Shown one piece after another: positions 35,677 to 45,009 of a stretch of DNA of 53,910 nucleotides. The number at the start of each line of letters is the position of its first letter. Within the stretch, counting starts at the first letter, position 1. The position numbers were made by a program, and so were the translations under genes. Source of the stretch: a virus (Duplodnaviria; Caudoviricetes); the IMG/VR virus record IMGVR_UViG_3300006790_000002, positions 1-53,910 of that record; one strand, 5' to 3'. Under the pieces are notes generated by a model. The model was given only the letters and a program-made list of their open reading frames with translations. It had not been told where the DNA came from and searched no databases.

Positions 35677-36756
35677 TTATGGGGTAGCGCCGCCGGTAAC
35701 GACACCGTTAGCACGAAGCTGGTCACAGTACATTCCCATGTTGAGGACGTACTCGTAACGCCACATGTCCTGCTCGGGGATACGAATAGGACCGCGAACG
35801 GCGAAGTCGCCCTTGGTCTCCATGTTCGAATCGTGTCCGAGGGTGTACATGTGCCAAGTATCGGTCTTCATCATGTAGACGACGCCGTTGTTGGCTCCAC
35901 CAGTGCTGAACTGAGTGAGGTCGATGGACTGCTCAAGGAAGAAGTCTGCCTCAAGGAAGGGGATTCCCTGACGAAGTTGCTTCGGAGCCTTGTCGCCCTC
36001 AACTCGCATCACGCGAACCTGATCGTCGAGATCCTCGATGTAGTTGAGGTACGAGCCCTCATCACCGAGAAGCAGATCGACAGGACCGCTGGCCTTGGAT
36101 CCCTGACGGGAAGCCTGGTAGTAGACCTGACGCATGGTCGAACGACCATCGGTAGCGAAGGACGAGATCTGACCGTACTGGTTGTACCAACCCGTGGTGG
36201 TTCCCTTGTTCAGACCGAAGATGCTGTTAGCAGCAGCAACCTGGGCAGCCTGGGTCAGGAACTCGAAAGCACCGGTACGAGCAGCAGCGAGGCCGGGGTT
36301 GTAGGTTGAATCACCGTTCAGGGTGAGGAAACCACCAACGCCCGTTCCGTTTCCGGATCCAAGCTGATCAGCAATACGCTCGTGGAAGTCGGACAGAGCC
36401 AACTCGGGGTACGCCTTGATGATCTTGGCCAGATCGTTCTCGCCATTGGCCTCTGCGAGGTCCTTGCCGGGGACGTCAAACGCGTAGATCAGGCGGGGAG
36501 CATAGGAGCTTCCGCGCTGGGCAGATTGGGTACGACCACCAGCGATCACTTCGGATCCAGTGGTAACTTGGGTGACGGTTCCAGGACCGCCGGAAACAAC
36601 CACAAACTCGCGATACGGGCCCTTGAGTGTAGCTCGGTCCACGTTGCCCCGCTTCACAACCCGCTCCATGAGGGGATGCCAGAGGGAGAACAGTTCCGAG
36701 TACCCAGGAGCAAGATCTTGCAGTGCGGTTGCGACTACATCAGGACTGATTGCCAT
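35677..36756 (-). CDS. Major capsid protein (HK97 fold expected)
   Basis: 359 aa between scaffold and decoration genes; GAGG SD; C-terminal MGMYCDQLRANGVVTG. Confidence 0.82.
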   Translation of the reverse strand: MAISPDVVATALQDLAPGYSELFSLWHPLMERVVKRGNVDRATLKGPYREFVVVSGGPGTVTQVTTGSEVIAGGRTQSAQRGSSYAPRLIYAFDVPGKDLAEANGENDLAKIIKAYPELALSDFHERIADQLGSGNGTGVGGFLTLNGDSTYNPGLAAARTGAFEFLTQAAQVAAANSIFGLNKGTTTGWYNQYGQISSFATDGRSTMRQVYYQASRQGSKASGPVDLLLGDEGSYLNYIEDLDDQVRVMRVEGDKAPKQLRQGIPFLEADFFLEQSIDLTQFSTGGANNGVVYMMKTDTWHMYTLGHDSNMETKGDFAVRGPIRIPEQDMWRYEYVLNMGMYCDQLRANGVVTGGATP

Positions 36757-36801
36757 CTTACTTTTCCTCTATGGGTGACGGGGGTTGAGGGGTGAACCTC
36801 G

Positions 36802-37743
36802 CTATCTCCTGCCCCCACCATGCACAGAGAATGCACGACGAGCAGCAAGAAGTCTCATTTCATCTAACGAACCGCTATCATTGATCGACTTTTTGGCAAC
36901 TTGAGGCCGGGACGATCGAGTAGCACCGTTCGTAATCTTAGCTCCTGCGCGAGGAGCCTTTGCCTTAGCTTCGGCCTTTGCTTGGGCTTCTGCCGCAGCA
37001 ATCTCTTCAGGAGTAGGACCGGTGGGTTGGGCTCTGACTTCTTCAAGCTCGGCGTGTGCCTTCGCCAACTTGAGTGCATATTGGTCTGAGACACCATCCG
37101 TTTTCGCTTGGATAGCAATCTCGACCGCTGATTCTGGCAGATCGATCAACTCAGCAGCAACGTAGGCATCCCACATTCCGCCATGAGTGTCGTCCTCTGC
37201 CAGGAACTCTGCAAACACTGACAACTTCTCTTTGTTCTCAGCAAGATCTGCGTGGTCTTTCCAGAATCGATCAACGTACTCTCCGACAGCTTGTTCTTCT
37301 GTCGTAGCCATTGTCTTTTCAAGATCAGAATAAGCAAGGTTGCGCTCGTCGAGTTGGCGCTGGAGATCCTCAAGCTGTGAGGTCATCTGCCCGATGCGAG
37401 GATCTTCGTCTTCCGAAAGCATTGCAGCGTACATTGAACGAAGCGTTGCAATCTCTTCTGCCTTTTCGGCGTAGCTCTTCTCGTAGTAGTCAGACACACC
37501 TTGGGCAGTTGTCCGATAGCTCTCAGGAAGAGAGTCAATCGTTCCGTCCCAAGAGTTCCACTCAACTTCCGGGAACGGGTCGTCTGCCCGAGTGGGTGCA
37601 GGGGCGCCTGCGGGGACTGCCGCTGCTCCCCCACCCGAAGAACTTGCTTGCTCCGCCGGGGCCTGGGAGGGCTCCGGTGAAGCAGCGACAGCCGTCTCTG
37701 CGACGGGTGCGGCTGCTGCTGGTGCTGCGACTTCTTCGCTCAC
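36802..37743 (-). CDS. Capsid scaffolding protein
   Basis: Acidic disordered N-terminus, central coiled coil, basic C-terminal helix; directly upstream of the major capsid gene. Confidence 0.75.
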   Translation of the reverse strand: MSEEVAAPAAAAPVAETAVAASPEPSQAPAEQASSSGGGAAAVPAGAPAPTRADDPFPEVEWNSWDGTIDSLPESYRTTAQGVSDYYEKSYAEKAEEIATLRSMYAAMLSEDEDPRIGQMTSQLEDLQRQLDERNLAYSDLEKTMATTEEQAVGEYVDRFWKDHADLAENKEKLSVFAEFLAEDDTHGGMWDAYVAAELIDLPESAVEIAIQAKTDGVSDQYALKLAKAHAELEEVRAQPTGPTPEEIAAAEAQAKAEAKAKAPRAGAKITNGATRSSRPQVAKKSINDSGSLDEMRLLAARRAFSVHGGGRR

Positions 37744-38093
37744 ATTCCTTCCATTGCTTTAGAGGCGGCGTTGTTCCGCATAGAAACGAGATCCATGACC
37801 ATTGGGGGCTCTTCGGCTCCCATCATGTCCTCCATTCCCATCTCCATCTCGCCGTCTTTCTTCTTCAACTCGTAGCCGTACTCGTCAAACCAAGCCATGA
37901 GCTTATCTGGATCGGCGCCATGCTCTTTGATGGCAGCAGCCATAGCTTCTGTGGGAGAGGCAAAATCAGTGCTCTCCTCAACTTCGATATCCACGTCAAT
38001 GTCGGGCTTGTCAGCAGACTCCTCTTCGGGAGCCTCCTCTTCCATCATGCCCTCTTCCTCTTCTTCCATGAACGCGGGTTTATCTTCAGCCAT
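37740..38093 (-). CDS. Small very acidic Met/Glu-rich protein with C-terminal helix tag
   Basis: GGAG SD; ends DLVSMRNNAASKAMEGM. Confidence 0.7.
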   Translation of the reverse strand: MAEDKPAFMEEEEEGMMEEEAPEEESADKPDIDVDIEVEESTDFASPTEAMAAAIKEHGADPDKLMAWFDEYGYELKKKDGEMEMGMEDMMGAEEPPMVMDLVSMRNNAASKAMEGM

Positions 38094-38173
38094 GAGATTC
38101 TCCAAATGTGCTCAGGTTTTACCTGAGCCGGATACGATAGTCAAGAAAAGCATATTCTGGTAAGAAGCTTTAT

Positions 38174-38605
38174 TCAAGTCGTGACCTGGATCTTAGTTTC
38201 GCCGTTCTTGAGCGCTTTCTTGTGAGCGTTTACTTTCCGAGTGTGATTTTTGCGATCCTCGAAATCTCGGAATCCAAGTTTCTTGGCTGTTCGGTCTGCT
38301 TGGTTGCGAACTGAATCGTAGTGGTTGATCCACTTGGGGTCATCTTTACTGACGATCTCACGATCTTTGCGGCGGCTAAAGTACGCCCGCTCTTCTTCCG
38401 GAGAGGAGAAGTTCTGCCCGATCTGGTCGATATGCAGAGTCTTGGAGGGCATTGGTCCGACAATCGCAGGTGCCTTTCGAATCAGTGTTGTGGCTTTCTC
38501 ATTGCACACCGGACAATAGAGACCGTCTTGCTTGAGATACTCACTCGCCTTCATCATGTCTTCGAACTCGCCGCACGAGTCACATCGTCCGTTGTATGTA
38601 GGCAT
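38174..38605 (-). CDS. FmdB-like zinc-ribbon protein
   Basis: MPTY..RCDSCG...CPVC. Confidence 0.75.
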   Translation of the reverse strand: MPTYNGRCDSCGEFEDMMKASEYLKQDGLYCPVCNEKATTLIRKAPAIVGPMPSKTLHIDQIGQNFSSPEEERAYFSRRKDREIVSKDDPKWINHYDSVRNQADRTAKKLGFRDFEDRKNHTRKVNAHKKALKNGETKIQVTT

Positions 38606-40458
38606 TACTGATTCCTTGGAATGTTTGGATCGAGATCAAACGGAGCGCCACCGAATCCAGTCAGAGGACTGGCCTCTCCACCACCCGGGCCAAAGCCTGC
38701 GGGATTGGGAGGAAGCATCGGCTCAGTCTCAGGGGGCAGAGCACCACTTGCAATGGTGTCTTGTCCACCGGGAGCGGGAGGCTGCGCTAAACTCGCTTGC
38801 GCCTGGGCGGCCTGCTGCTGCGCTTGGGCAGCTTCTTGTTCAAGCTGCTCTGAACTCTTGAGGACATCCTGCATCTGTAGTAGCTCGCAGAGCTTACGAA
38901 TGAGGGTGTTCTGATCAACCTGTGAGTTCTCTTGGAGAAGCGGGAAGAACTGCTGCAAGTTCCTAAGTTGGACCAGCCGGTTGTTTTCGGTGGGAGCGTA
39001 TGGAACAGCTTCATAGTCATACTCCAAAGGTTCCTCGCCGCGACTTGCGAGAATCTCGCGAGCCATCATAGATGCCCGGGTGATCTCGACGACTTCTGCA
39101 TTAGGCAGCATGCGAACAGGAAGAATCTCGTCGTCTGCGAGAAACTCCTCGTAGAGCCCGATGATGGTTTGTGATTGCCAACCGATCAGGTCGTAGATTT
39201 CTTTCTGCCGACGACCGTTGCGAGTCCTTGTCGCAGTATCTGCGAGGGCGACTTCAGTTGCCACGTCAGACACACCGACCACTCCCCGAGAGTATTGTGG
39301 AATACCCAAGATAAACTCGATGATCTGGATGCATCGGTCTCGGGTAGCGATGAACTCCGGCGAGAGGCTTGGGGTTTGGGTGTGTCCGATGATGTCCTGG
39401 ATCGAGGCATTTGCTTTTCCTGCCACCTCTACGATTGAGCCCGGAGAGGTTGCGGTACGCAGTTGATTGCGAATGTGCTCGGGATTGTCTACCAGCCCGG
39501 AGTTGAGCATGGTGATCGGAATCGCCGTCTGGGCAAACCAGAGCATCAGCGTGTCCAACTCATTCAAGCGCTCAAGGATTGGCTGGATCAGAGTCACGTC
39601 ACTCAGACCGCCGATGTCCTGCAAGTTGTCGTTGAACGACAGACGGTAGAAAGGATTGCGAGCGAATCGGTAGGGAAGCTCGCCAGCAAACAACGGCTCC
39701 TCCTGCTCTTCCAGGTAGTGGTAGTAGCGACCTTCGCCCGAGAAGTCGTAGATCTCATAGACCGTGACCCACTCGAACACCTCTTTGGAAGAGTCGTTCA
39801 TGAGGGACTGATCTTTCAGACGGTCTCGCAGCCACTCTGGATAGGCACCGAACTGGGCCTTCTCCGCGACTTCTGGATCGTAGGGACGGTCACTCTTGTT
39901 TCCTTTGCCCTTGATGCGGGCATTGAAATCCTCCCGAGTGAGAACCGTGACTTCAATCAGATACCGAATGTCCTCCCAACGCTCGGCAGCGAGATCAAAC
40001 CAAACATGACGGAGATCCACAACAAGGAAGTCGGGAGAGCGTTTACGAAAGTTCCAAACCACTTTGACGAAAGAACGTGGGTAGACGCTCGCCATCGTAG
40101 CTGCTCGCCATAGAATCCGATGAATGCCCGAACGACGGAAGGTGTCATTGATCAGTGCCTCTCGATATTTTGCAGGCTCGTGAAGGTGCTTGCGTCGTGC
40201 GTTGACAGTAACTTCTGGATTGTTCGGACAGATGTTCGCGACCATCGTGTCCACGAATGCATAAGGGTAGTTGGTCTCCAGAGACAAATCGTCCGTGGAG
40301 TCCGCAGGACTTCCAGCACCCTGGGGAAGATCTTGGGTGTAGCTGCTTGACGCATCACTCGTGTACCAGCAGCGGACCTTGTCCCACTCTCGCTGGTCAA
40401 TGAAAGACCGACTCTTGTGGGTATCAATCAGTCCCATCATTTGTTTCTTGGTCAACAT
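38605..40458 (-). CDS. Portal protein
   Basis: 617 aa downstream of the terminase; NY....VDT...I....P, PF...F......GLSD...I.P...LNE and ATEV motifs; Gln/Pro-rich C-terminal tail. Confidence 0.85.
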   Translation of the reverse strand: MLTKKQMMGLIDTHKSRSFIDQREWDKVRCWYTSDASSSYTQDLPQGAGSPADSTDDLSLETNYPYAFVDTMVANICPNNPEVTVNARRKHLHEPAKYREALINDTFRRSGIHRILWRAATMASVYPRSFVKVVWNFRKRSPDFLVVDLRHVWFDLAAERWEDIRYLIEVTVLTREDFNARIKGKGNKSDRPYDPEVAEKAQFGAYPEWLRDRLKDQSLMNDSSKEVFEWVTVYEIYDFSGEGRYYHYLEEQEEPLFAGELPYRFARNPFYRLSFNDNLQDIGGLSDVTLIQPILERLNELDTLMLWFAQTAIPITMLNSGLVDNPEHIRNQLRTATSPGSIVEVAGKANASIQDIIGHTQTPSLSPEFIATRDRCIQIIEFILGIPQYSRGVVGVSDVATEVALADTATRTRNGRRQKEIYDLIGWQSQTIIGLYEEFLADDEILPVRMLPNAEVVEITRASMMAREILASRGEEPLEYDYEAVPYAPTENNRLVQLRNLQQFFPLLQENSQVDQNTLIRKLCELLQMQDVLKSSEQLEQEAAQAQQQAAQAQASLAQPPAPGGQDTIASGALPPETEPMLPPNPAGFGPGGGEASPLTGFGGAPFDLDPNIPRNQ

Positions 40459-40703
40459 TAGGCTTCTTCCTCTTGGTACTCTGCTGGATTCTGGATGGGG
40501 AGGGTTTCATCAAGTGGCTCTTGCTGCGGAGGAGGAGGTGCCTCCGGCAATGCGCCTTCACTAAGATCAACTCGTGATGGCTCCATGGCTTCGCGTGTCC
40601 TTCGTTGGATCTGCCCGAGAGCATAGGAGCGCAGCATACTGAGCGCGGTCTCCGGAGTGAGATCATCCGGCTTCATGATTGGAGGAGCTTCATCGGCTGC
40701 CAT
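40458..40703 (-). CDS. Small hypothetical protein
   Basis: Coupled to the portal start (TAATG); start 40703 or 40712. Confidence 0.55.
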   Translation of the reverse strand: MAADEAPPIMKPDDLTPETALSMLRSYALGQIQRRTREAMEPSRVDLSEGALPEAPPPPQQEPLDETLPIQNPAEYQEEEA

Positions 40704-40932
40704 CGAACTCAAAGACCTCTTTTAGAGTGATACCCGTGCTCGCCTGGATTGGGCCCAGGGTGATGAGCGAAAACAACTCTTCAATAACAGGTCCGACTTC
40801 GGCCCAGTCCATTTGGACACTTCCATACTGGGCAAAGAAGCTCATCGGAATCGTGAGCTTCAATCCGGGAGCGAGATCTACGACCGCAGTATCGCGAGCC
40901 GGATCTCGATAGATCTCAGGTGCCTGTGTCAT
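40690..40932 (-). CDS. Small hypothetical protein, 80 aa
   Basis: ATGA overlap with the terminase stop. Confidence 0.6.
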   Translation of the reverse strand: MTQAPEIYRDPARDTAVVDLAPGLKLTIPMSFFAQYGSVQMDWAEVGPVIEELFSLITLGPIQASTGITLKEVFEFDGSR

Positions 40933-42632
40933 CTTTTTCTCCTCCGAACCGATCTATATGTTGGGCGAGATCGAGTCGGCGCTTTGTCTTCTACGAGCTT
41001 CTTACGATATCGCTCTTGATCATCGTAACTCATCCCGGTGAACATGAGGAGATTCGTTTCTTGTACTCTCGCTCCGGGCTTATCGCGGACTGGCAGGTAA
41101 CGAGCACCGACAACCGCCATCAGCAGAGCCGAAACCTTATCCCAGTGGTGCCGATCCCGTCTTCTGCCCGAGGATGAACCTCTAAGAATCTCTGAGGCAG
41201 CCGATTCCTCGGTGCGTTTGTCATTCTTGTACGTTTGTAGCTGTTGGAGCGTATCTCGGTCGTTCAGGACCAACTCATCCATCAATCCGTCAATCAGCCA
41301 GCCAGTTGCTTGGTCAAGAGACTTGGATGTGCTGGTAAAGCCCGGTTTGAACTTGGCTTCGTAGTAGAGGTTCGAATAATCGCGGTCATTCAGCAGAGCG
41401 AGGACGGATTGCCCGACACCATTGGACTCAACGCAGATCAGAGCCTTGTTGTACCGGTTTGCCACCCGGAGAAGCTGATTTGTGAAGGACAATGGGTCCA
41501 TGTGCTCCGCGAAACACGCAACTTGTGTCCATTCGCCGCGCCAACACTTCAAAACCTGGAAAGCAGCGTGGTCTCGGGCCGCATATCCACTCGGATCGAC
41601 TCCAATCGCGTAAATCGCGCCCTCTTGAGGCGGTTCGTACTCCTGATAAGGCCCAGTCCAGGGCTCAAGCTCCCGATTCATGCTCTTTTTGAGCGCATGT
41701 TCGGGAATCGCAGCGTTTGTGGACGCAATCCAGCAAGAAATGTCGTCGAACGGGTACATCACGCCGAACATTTCGGGATTTCGCCGGACTTCAGGGTCCG
41801 TATCCATGATGAATCGCCGGAATGTGAGGTTATCCGTCGTCAAACCCTGGGATCCGTAGCGATTTAGGAGGTCAATCTCCTGATTCGTGGGCACAAAGTC
41901 CTTCGGAGTGGCACGAGCGTTCAGTTTTCCATCCCAAAACGGAAAAAATACCGCTTTGTGGCGACCCGCGCCCTTTTTCGCCATGACATAGTGCTCGTGC
42001 CAGGCGCAGTTACGCTCCCAGGGAGTTGCCTCATAGATGACGAGGGCGTTCTGCCTGTTGATGAGCGACGGATTGATGAGAAACATCGATCCGTTGAAGT
42101 CTGACCAAAGATGGCACTCGGAAGCATGGAAAGAATCAGGAGACTGCCCAACGCCAACCGCGCCCGATTCTGCCGACAAGACACGCATTTTGCCGCCTTG
42201 TAGGGGATCAAAGGTAAGCTGACGACTCTCACGAGTCGCGAGGGTCTTTGACCGTAGCTGTTCTGGCCACCGTTGGTGTAGATGATGAACCCTCTTGTGG
42301 AGGTAGTCGGCCCTGTCCCTATTGTCTGCGATGCAGACATGGTCCCAGCCCGGGATGTAGGCAGCTTTGCAGTAAGCCGCGTACTCGCTGGTCAGGGATT
42401 TACCAGCCTGACGGTAGGCAAGCAAAGTCAAAAACTGAGTTTCGCCTGAAGGGAGCCTGGGAGGGTTCGACATGTAGTCGAGCACAACCGACTGTAATGT
42501 ATGGGTTATTCGAGTCGGATCGAACTTAGCGAATCGACCAGTCTTCTGGTCATGCACTTCGCCAAATGCAGGAAGAGCGTGCGCCGGAGAACGGAGCGTG
42601 TTGAGTAGCTGCGCTGCCGATGCTTGACTCAT
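40929..42632 (-). CDS. terL: Terminase large subunit
   Basis: Walker A YRQAGKS, Walker B FHASE, coupling motif YEATP, RNase H-like IGVDPS, VESNGVG, HWDKVSAL. Confidence 0.92.
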   Translation of the reverse strand: MSQASAAQLLNTLRSPAHALPAFGEVHDQKTGRFAKFDPTRITHTLQSVVLDYMSNPPRLPSGETQFLTLLAYRQAGKSLTSEYAAYCKAAYIPGWDHVCIADNRDRADYLHKRVHHLHQRWPEQLRSKTLATRESRQLTFDPLQGGKMRVLSAESGAVGVGQSPDSFHASECHLWSDFNGSMFLINPSLINRQNALVIYEATPWERNCAWHEHYVMAKKGAGRHKAVFFPFWDGKLNARATPKDFVPTNQEIDLLNRYGSQGLTTDNLTFRRFIMDTDPEVRRNPEMFGVMYPFDDISCWIASTNAAIPEHALKKSMNRELEPWTGPYQEYEPPQEGAIYAIGVDPSGYAARDHAAFQVLKCWRGEWTQVACFAEHMDPLSFTNQLLRVANRYNKALICVESNGVGQSVLALLNDRDYSNLYYEAKFKPGFTSTSKSLDQATGWLIDGLMDELVLNDRDTLQQLQTYKNDKRTEESAASEILRGSSSGRRRDRHHWDKVSALLMAVVGARYLPVRDKPGARVQETNLLMFTGMSYDDQERYRKKLVEDKAPTRSRPTYRSVRRRKR

Positions 42633-45007
42633 AGGTTCTCTTCGTCTCTTTCTCGACTACTCATCAACGCTCTCCGGGCCGCATTCTCTCTAAGTCGGGC
42701 AGGAGCAGTTGTCGGTTGAGCGAGGATTTCTTGGAGTTCTCGATCAAACTCCTGCATCTCGGGCATGTCATCAAGGCCCTGGACACTTGGATCGAGACCT
42801 ACTCCACGAGTCTCCTCTCGCTCTCCTCGAAGAGCACGGCCTCCCCTCTGTAGAGCACGACCTCCTGCTGCGAGCAGTTCAGCGCCGGGATGCACTCCGC
42901 GCTCTCCATAGCCTGGGAGGGTTTGTGCGAGCATTTGAGGAACTTCAAGCAACTCGCCGGTCTCTTTGGCTACTGTTCCACCATAGCGTTGAGTTCCTTC
43001 CAACAGGCCATGGCGTCCGATCTCGCCAGCAAGACGGCCACCCTCGTAGGCAGTTCCTGCAACACCCGCGAGATACCCCAACCTTGCGAGAGCAGCTTTT
43101 GCCCTTGCGAGCTTTGAGGCTACTTGCCTCGCCTCTGGTGTGCCCGGGTCTGCGGCTGCGAGTTGCTGTTCAGCATCCTGAATCTCCTTTTGGATTCTTT
43201 GGATCCTCTCCTGCTCCTGCATGGACTCTATGTACTCTTCGCCCATTGGCGCTGGAGTCCTTGCGGGTGCTGAAGCCTTTCGGGATCGCCGCACCTCTGC
43301 GAGTTCGGCTTGTGCTTCTTCGAGTTGTCTGCGGACCCTTTGCTGATACTCTTCGTCGCCACCTCCGTGCTTTAGGTTGTACTTTGCTATAAGAATCTGC
43401 TCTTTGAGTTCTTCTATCTTGGTCGCTTCAGGAACAGGGGCCAGGGAGGGATGGAAGTTCCGCCTTTCGAGTTGCTCATTGTAAGAACCGGGGGCATACG
43501 GGTCGTCAAAATCTGGACGCTGACGCACTCGCTCGATCTCAACATCCAGCTCTTCTCGTGAGATTCGAGGAGAATCGACGTATCTCCCAAACGCCTGGTG
43601 GATGCCCATTGGTTCGTCAGTGTCGATACGAAAGTTTGGATCCGTATGAAGCTTGATCTCTTCTGTCAGACCCTCAAGGATGTTATTCCGAGTTCGGGCT
43701 CGAAGCTCGTTTGCCTCCATAGAATCATGTGCTCTGTCAATGAGGTATGGAAGCTCCTCGTCCGTTACTCGTCTTGGAATGTTCTCGCCGCTCGGAATGT
43801 TTCGACTTACTTGTCGGACTTGTTCATCAGAAACACCCTCTGGTTGCAGCAACACTTTTCCTGCGGGATCAAACAGAGGGAGATTCATTTCTTCTGCCAG
43901 AATCACTGCTGTCCTTTCCGGCATTTTTTGAAGTTGTCGAAACCGAGGGGCTTCTTCCAGATTGGGTCTTGCGGTGACTATTGTGTCGAAGTCATTTCGA
44001 CTGTGCTGATACGGGTCAACCACGATTCCTACGATGCGAGGCTTTTGGATGAGGGCCTCATTATGGCCCGGCTGCCCCGCATACGGTCTCCACTGGTAGA
44101 GTTCCCCACTCGCGCCCATCTCTTCGAGGATCTCCTCAGATCCTTCGAACGAGTGTTGTCTCCTGAACTCTGCCCTCCGGGCATCCGTCATAAAGGTGTC
44201 TTCATCGAGAACTGGATCCATTAGCGCTGTAGTCATCGATTGGGGACTACCCGTGTAGGAGTTGATGTCCATGTTAGCGATGAACGACGGCTCTCCTTCA
44301 AGGATAAAACCGACTTCGAGACCACCCCCGAGAATCCTCTGAAAAAGGGTGCCCATGCCACTCGGGTCGTCTCTCAGATAGGCTGATGCGGAAAGGGCAC
44401 CATCAACTACACCTCTGGGACTTGCAGCAAGAGGGATTGGGTCGGCTGTCCAGTGGACAAATGAGAGCTTGTCTAAGAACTCAGGATCAACATTCTTCTT
44501 CCAAGCGTTCACTGCCTGTGAACTGCCGGGAGCACTCTCGCGATGGAATCCAGTCGTGTCCGCTTGTGGTACTCCCAAAGGTTGCCGAACTTCATCTGCG
44601 TATGCTGCGAGACGAGGACTCTGGATCGCTTGAGAATAATGGACTGCTGCATCTATTCGCTGGTTTGCTGCTTGGGCGGCCCGTACACGTTCTTTAAGCT
44701 CTTTACGAGCGATCACCGCCTCACGATTCGACTCATCGACGGGCAACTTCAAGTATCCGGCAAGATCTTCGGGATCCCCTATGATTGCGCCCATCTGCAC
44801 TGGATCGGACAGGACTTGCTGGAAAGACTGACCCGTAGCCTCAGAATACATCTTGAGCGTGTTCAGGACTTCCTTGTAGGCAGCAGAGCCCGGGAGAAGA
44901 ACGATTCCGGCCCTCTCCAGTACTTTCTGGAATCTGCTCTCCTCGTCCCTCGCCATTGCCCTTTCAGCGGCTTCTCGGCGCATCGTCGCTCTTCGATCTT
45001 CTGCCAC
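42629..45007 (-). CDS. 792-aa protein with two copies of the helix tag and a candidate ADP-ribosyltransferase-like domain
   Basis: FVHW (H185), LSASAY (S206/S208), VGFILEG, HNEAL (E317) then IVGIVV; coiled coil and Gly-rich amphipathic C-terminal part. CDS is solid, function is inferred. Confidence 0.6.
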   Translation of the reverse strand: MAEDRRATMRREAAERAMARDEESRFQKVLERAGIVLLPGSAAYKEVLNTLKMYSEATGQSFQQVLSDPVQMGAIIGDPEDLAGYLKLPVDESNREAVIARKELKERVRAAQAANQRIDAAVHYSQAIQSPRLAAYADEVRQPLGVPQADTTGFHRESAPGSSQAVNAWKKNVDPEFLDKLSFVHWTADPIPLAASPRGVVDGALSASAYLRDDPSGMGTLFQRILGGGLEVGFILEGEPSFIANMDINSYTGSPQSMTTALMDPVLDEDTFMTDARRAEFRRQHSFEGSEEILEEMGASGELYQWRPYAGQPGHNEALIQKPRIVGIVVDPYQHSRNDFDTIVTARPNLEEAPRFRQLQKMPERTAVILAEEMNLPLFDPAGKVLLQPEGVSDEQVRQVSRNIPSGENIPRRVTDEELPYLIDRAHDSMEANELRARTRNNILEGLTEEIKLHTDPNFRIDTDEPMGIHQAFGRYVDSPRISREELDVEIERVRQRPDFDDPYAPGSYNEQLERRNFHPSLAPVPEATKIEELKEQILIAKYNLKHGGGDEEYQQRVRRQLEEAQAELAEVRRSRKASAPARTPAPMGEEYIESMQEQERIQRIQKEIQDAEQQLAAADPGTPEARQVASKLARAKAALARLGYLAGVAGTAYEGGRLAGEIGRHGLLEGTQRYGGTVAKETGELLEVPQMLAQTLPGYGERGVHPGAELLAAGGRALQRGGRALRGEREETRGVGLDPSVQGLDDMPEMQEFDRELQEILAQPTTAPARLRENAARRALMSSRERDEENL

Positions 45008-45009
45008 AA

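Noticed and set aside
40458-40703. MLRSYALGQI as another copy of the helix tag
   Set aside because: Only L-R-x-x-A matches; it lacks the AA..A core, so it was not counted.
41978-42150. Terminase Walker B reading FHASE as a sign of an inactive enzyme
   Set aside because: H-x-S-E Walker B variants occur in other phage terminases as I recall, and all other motifs are intact.
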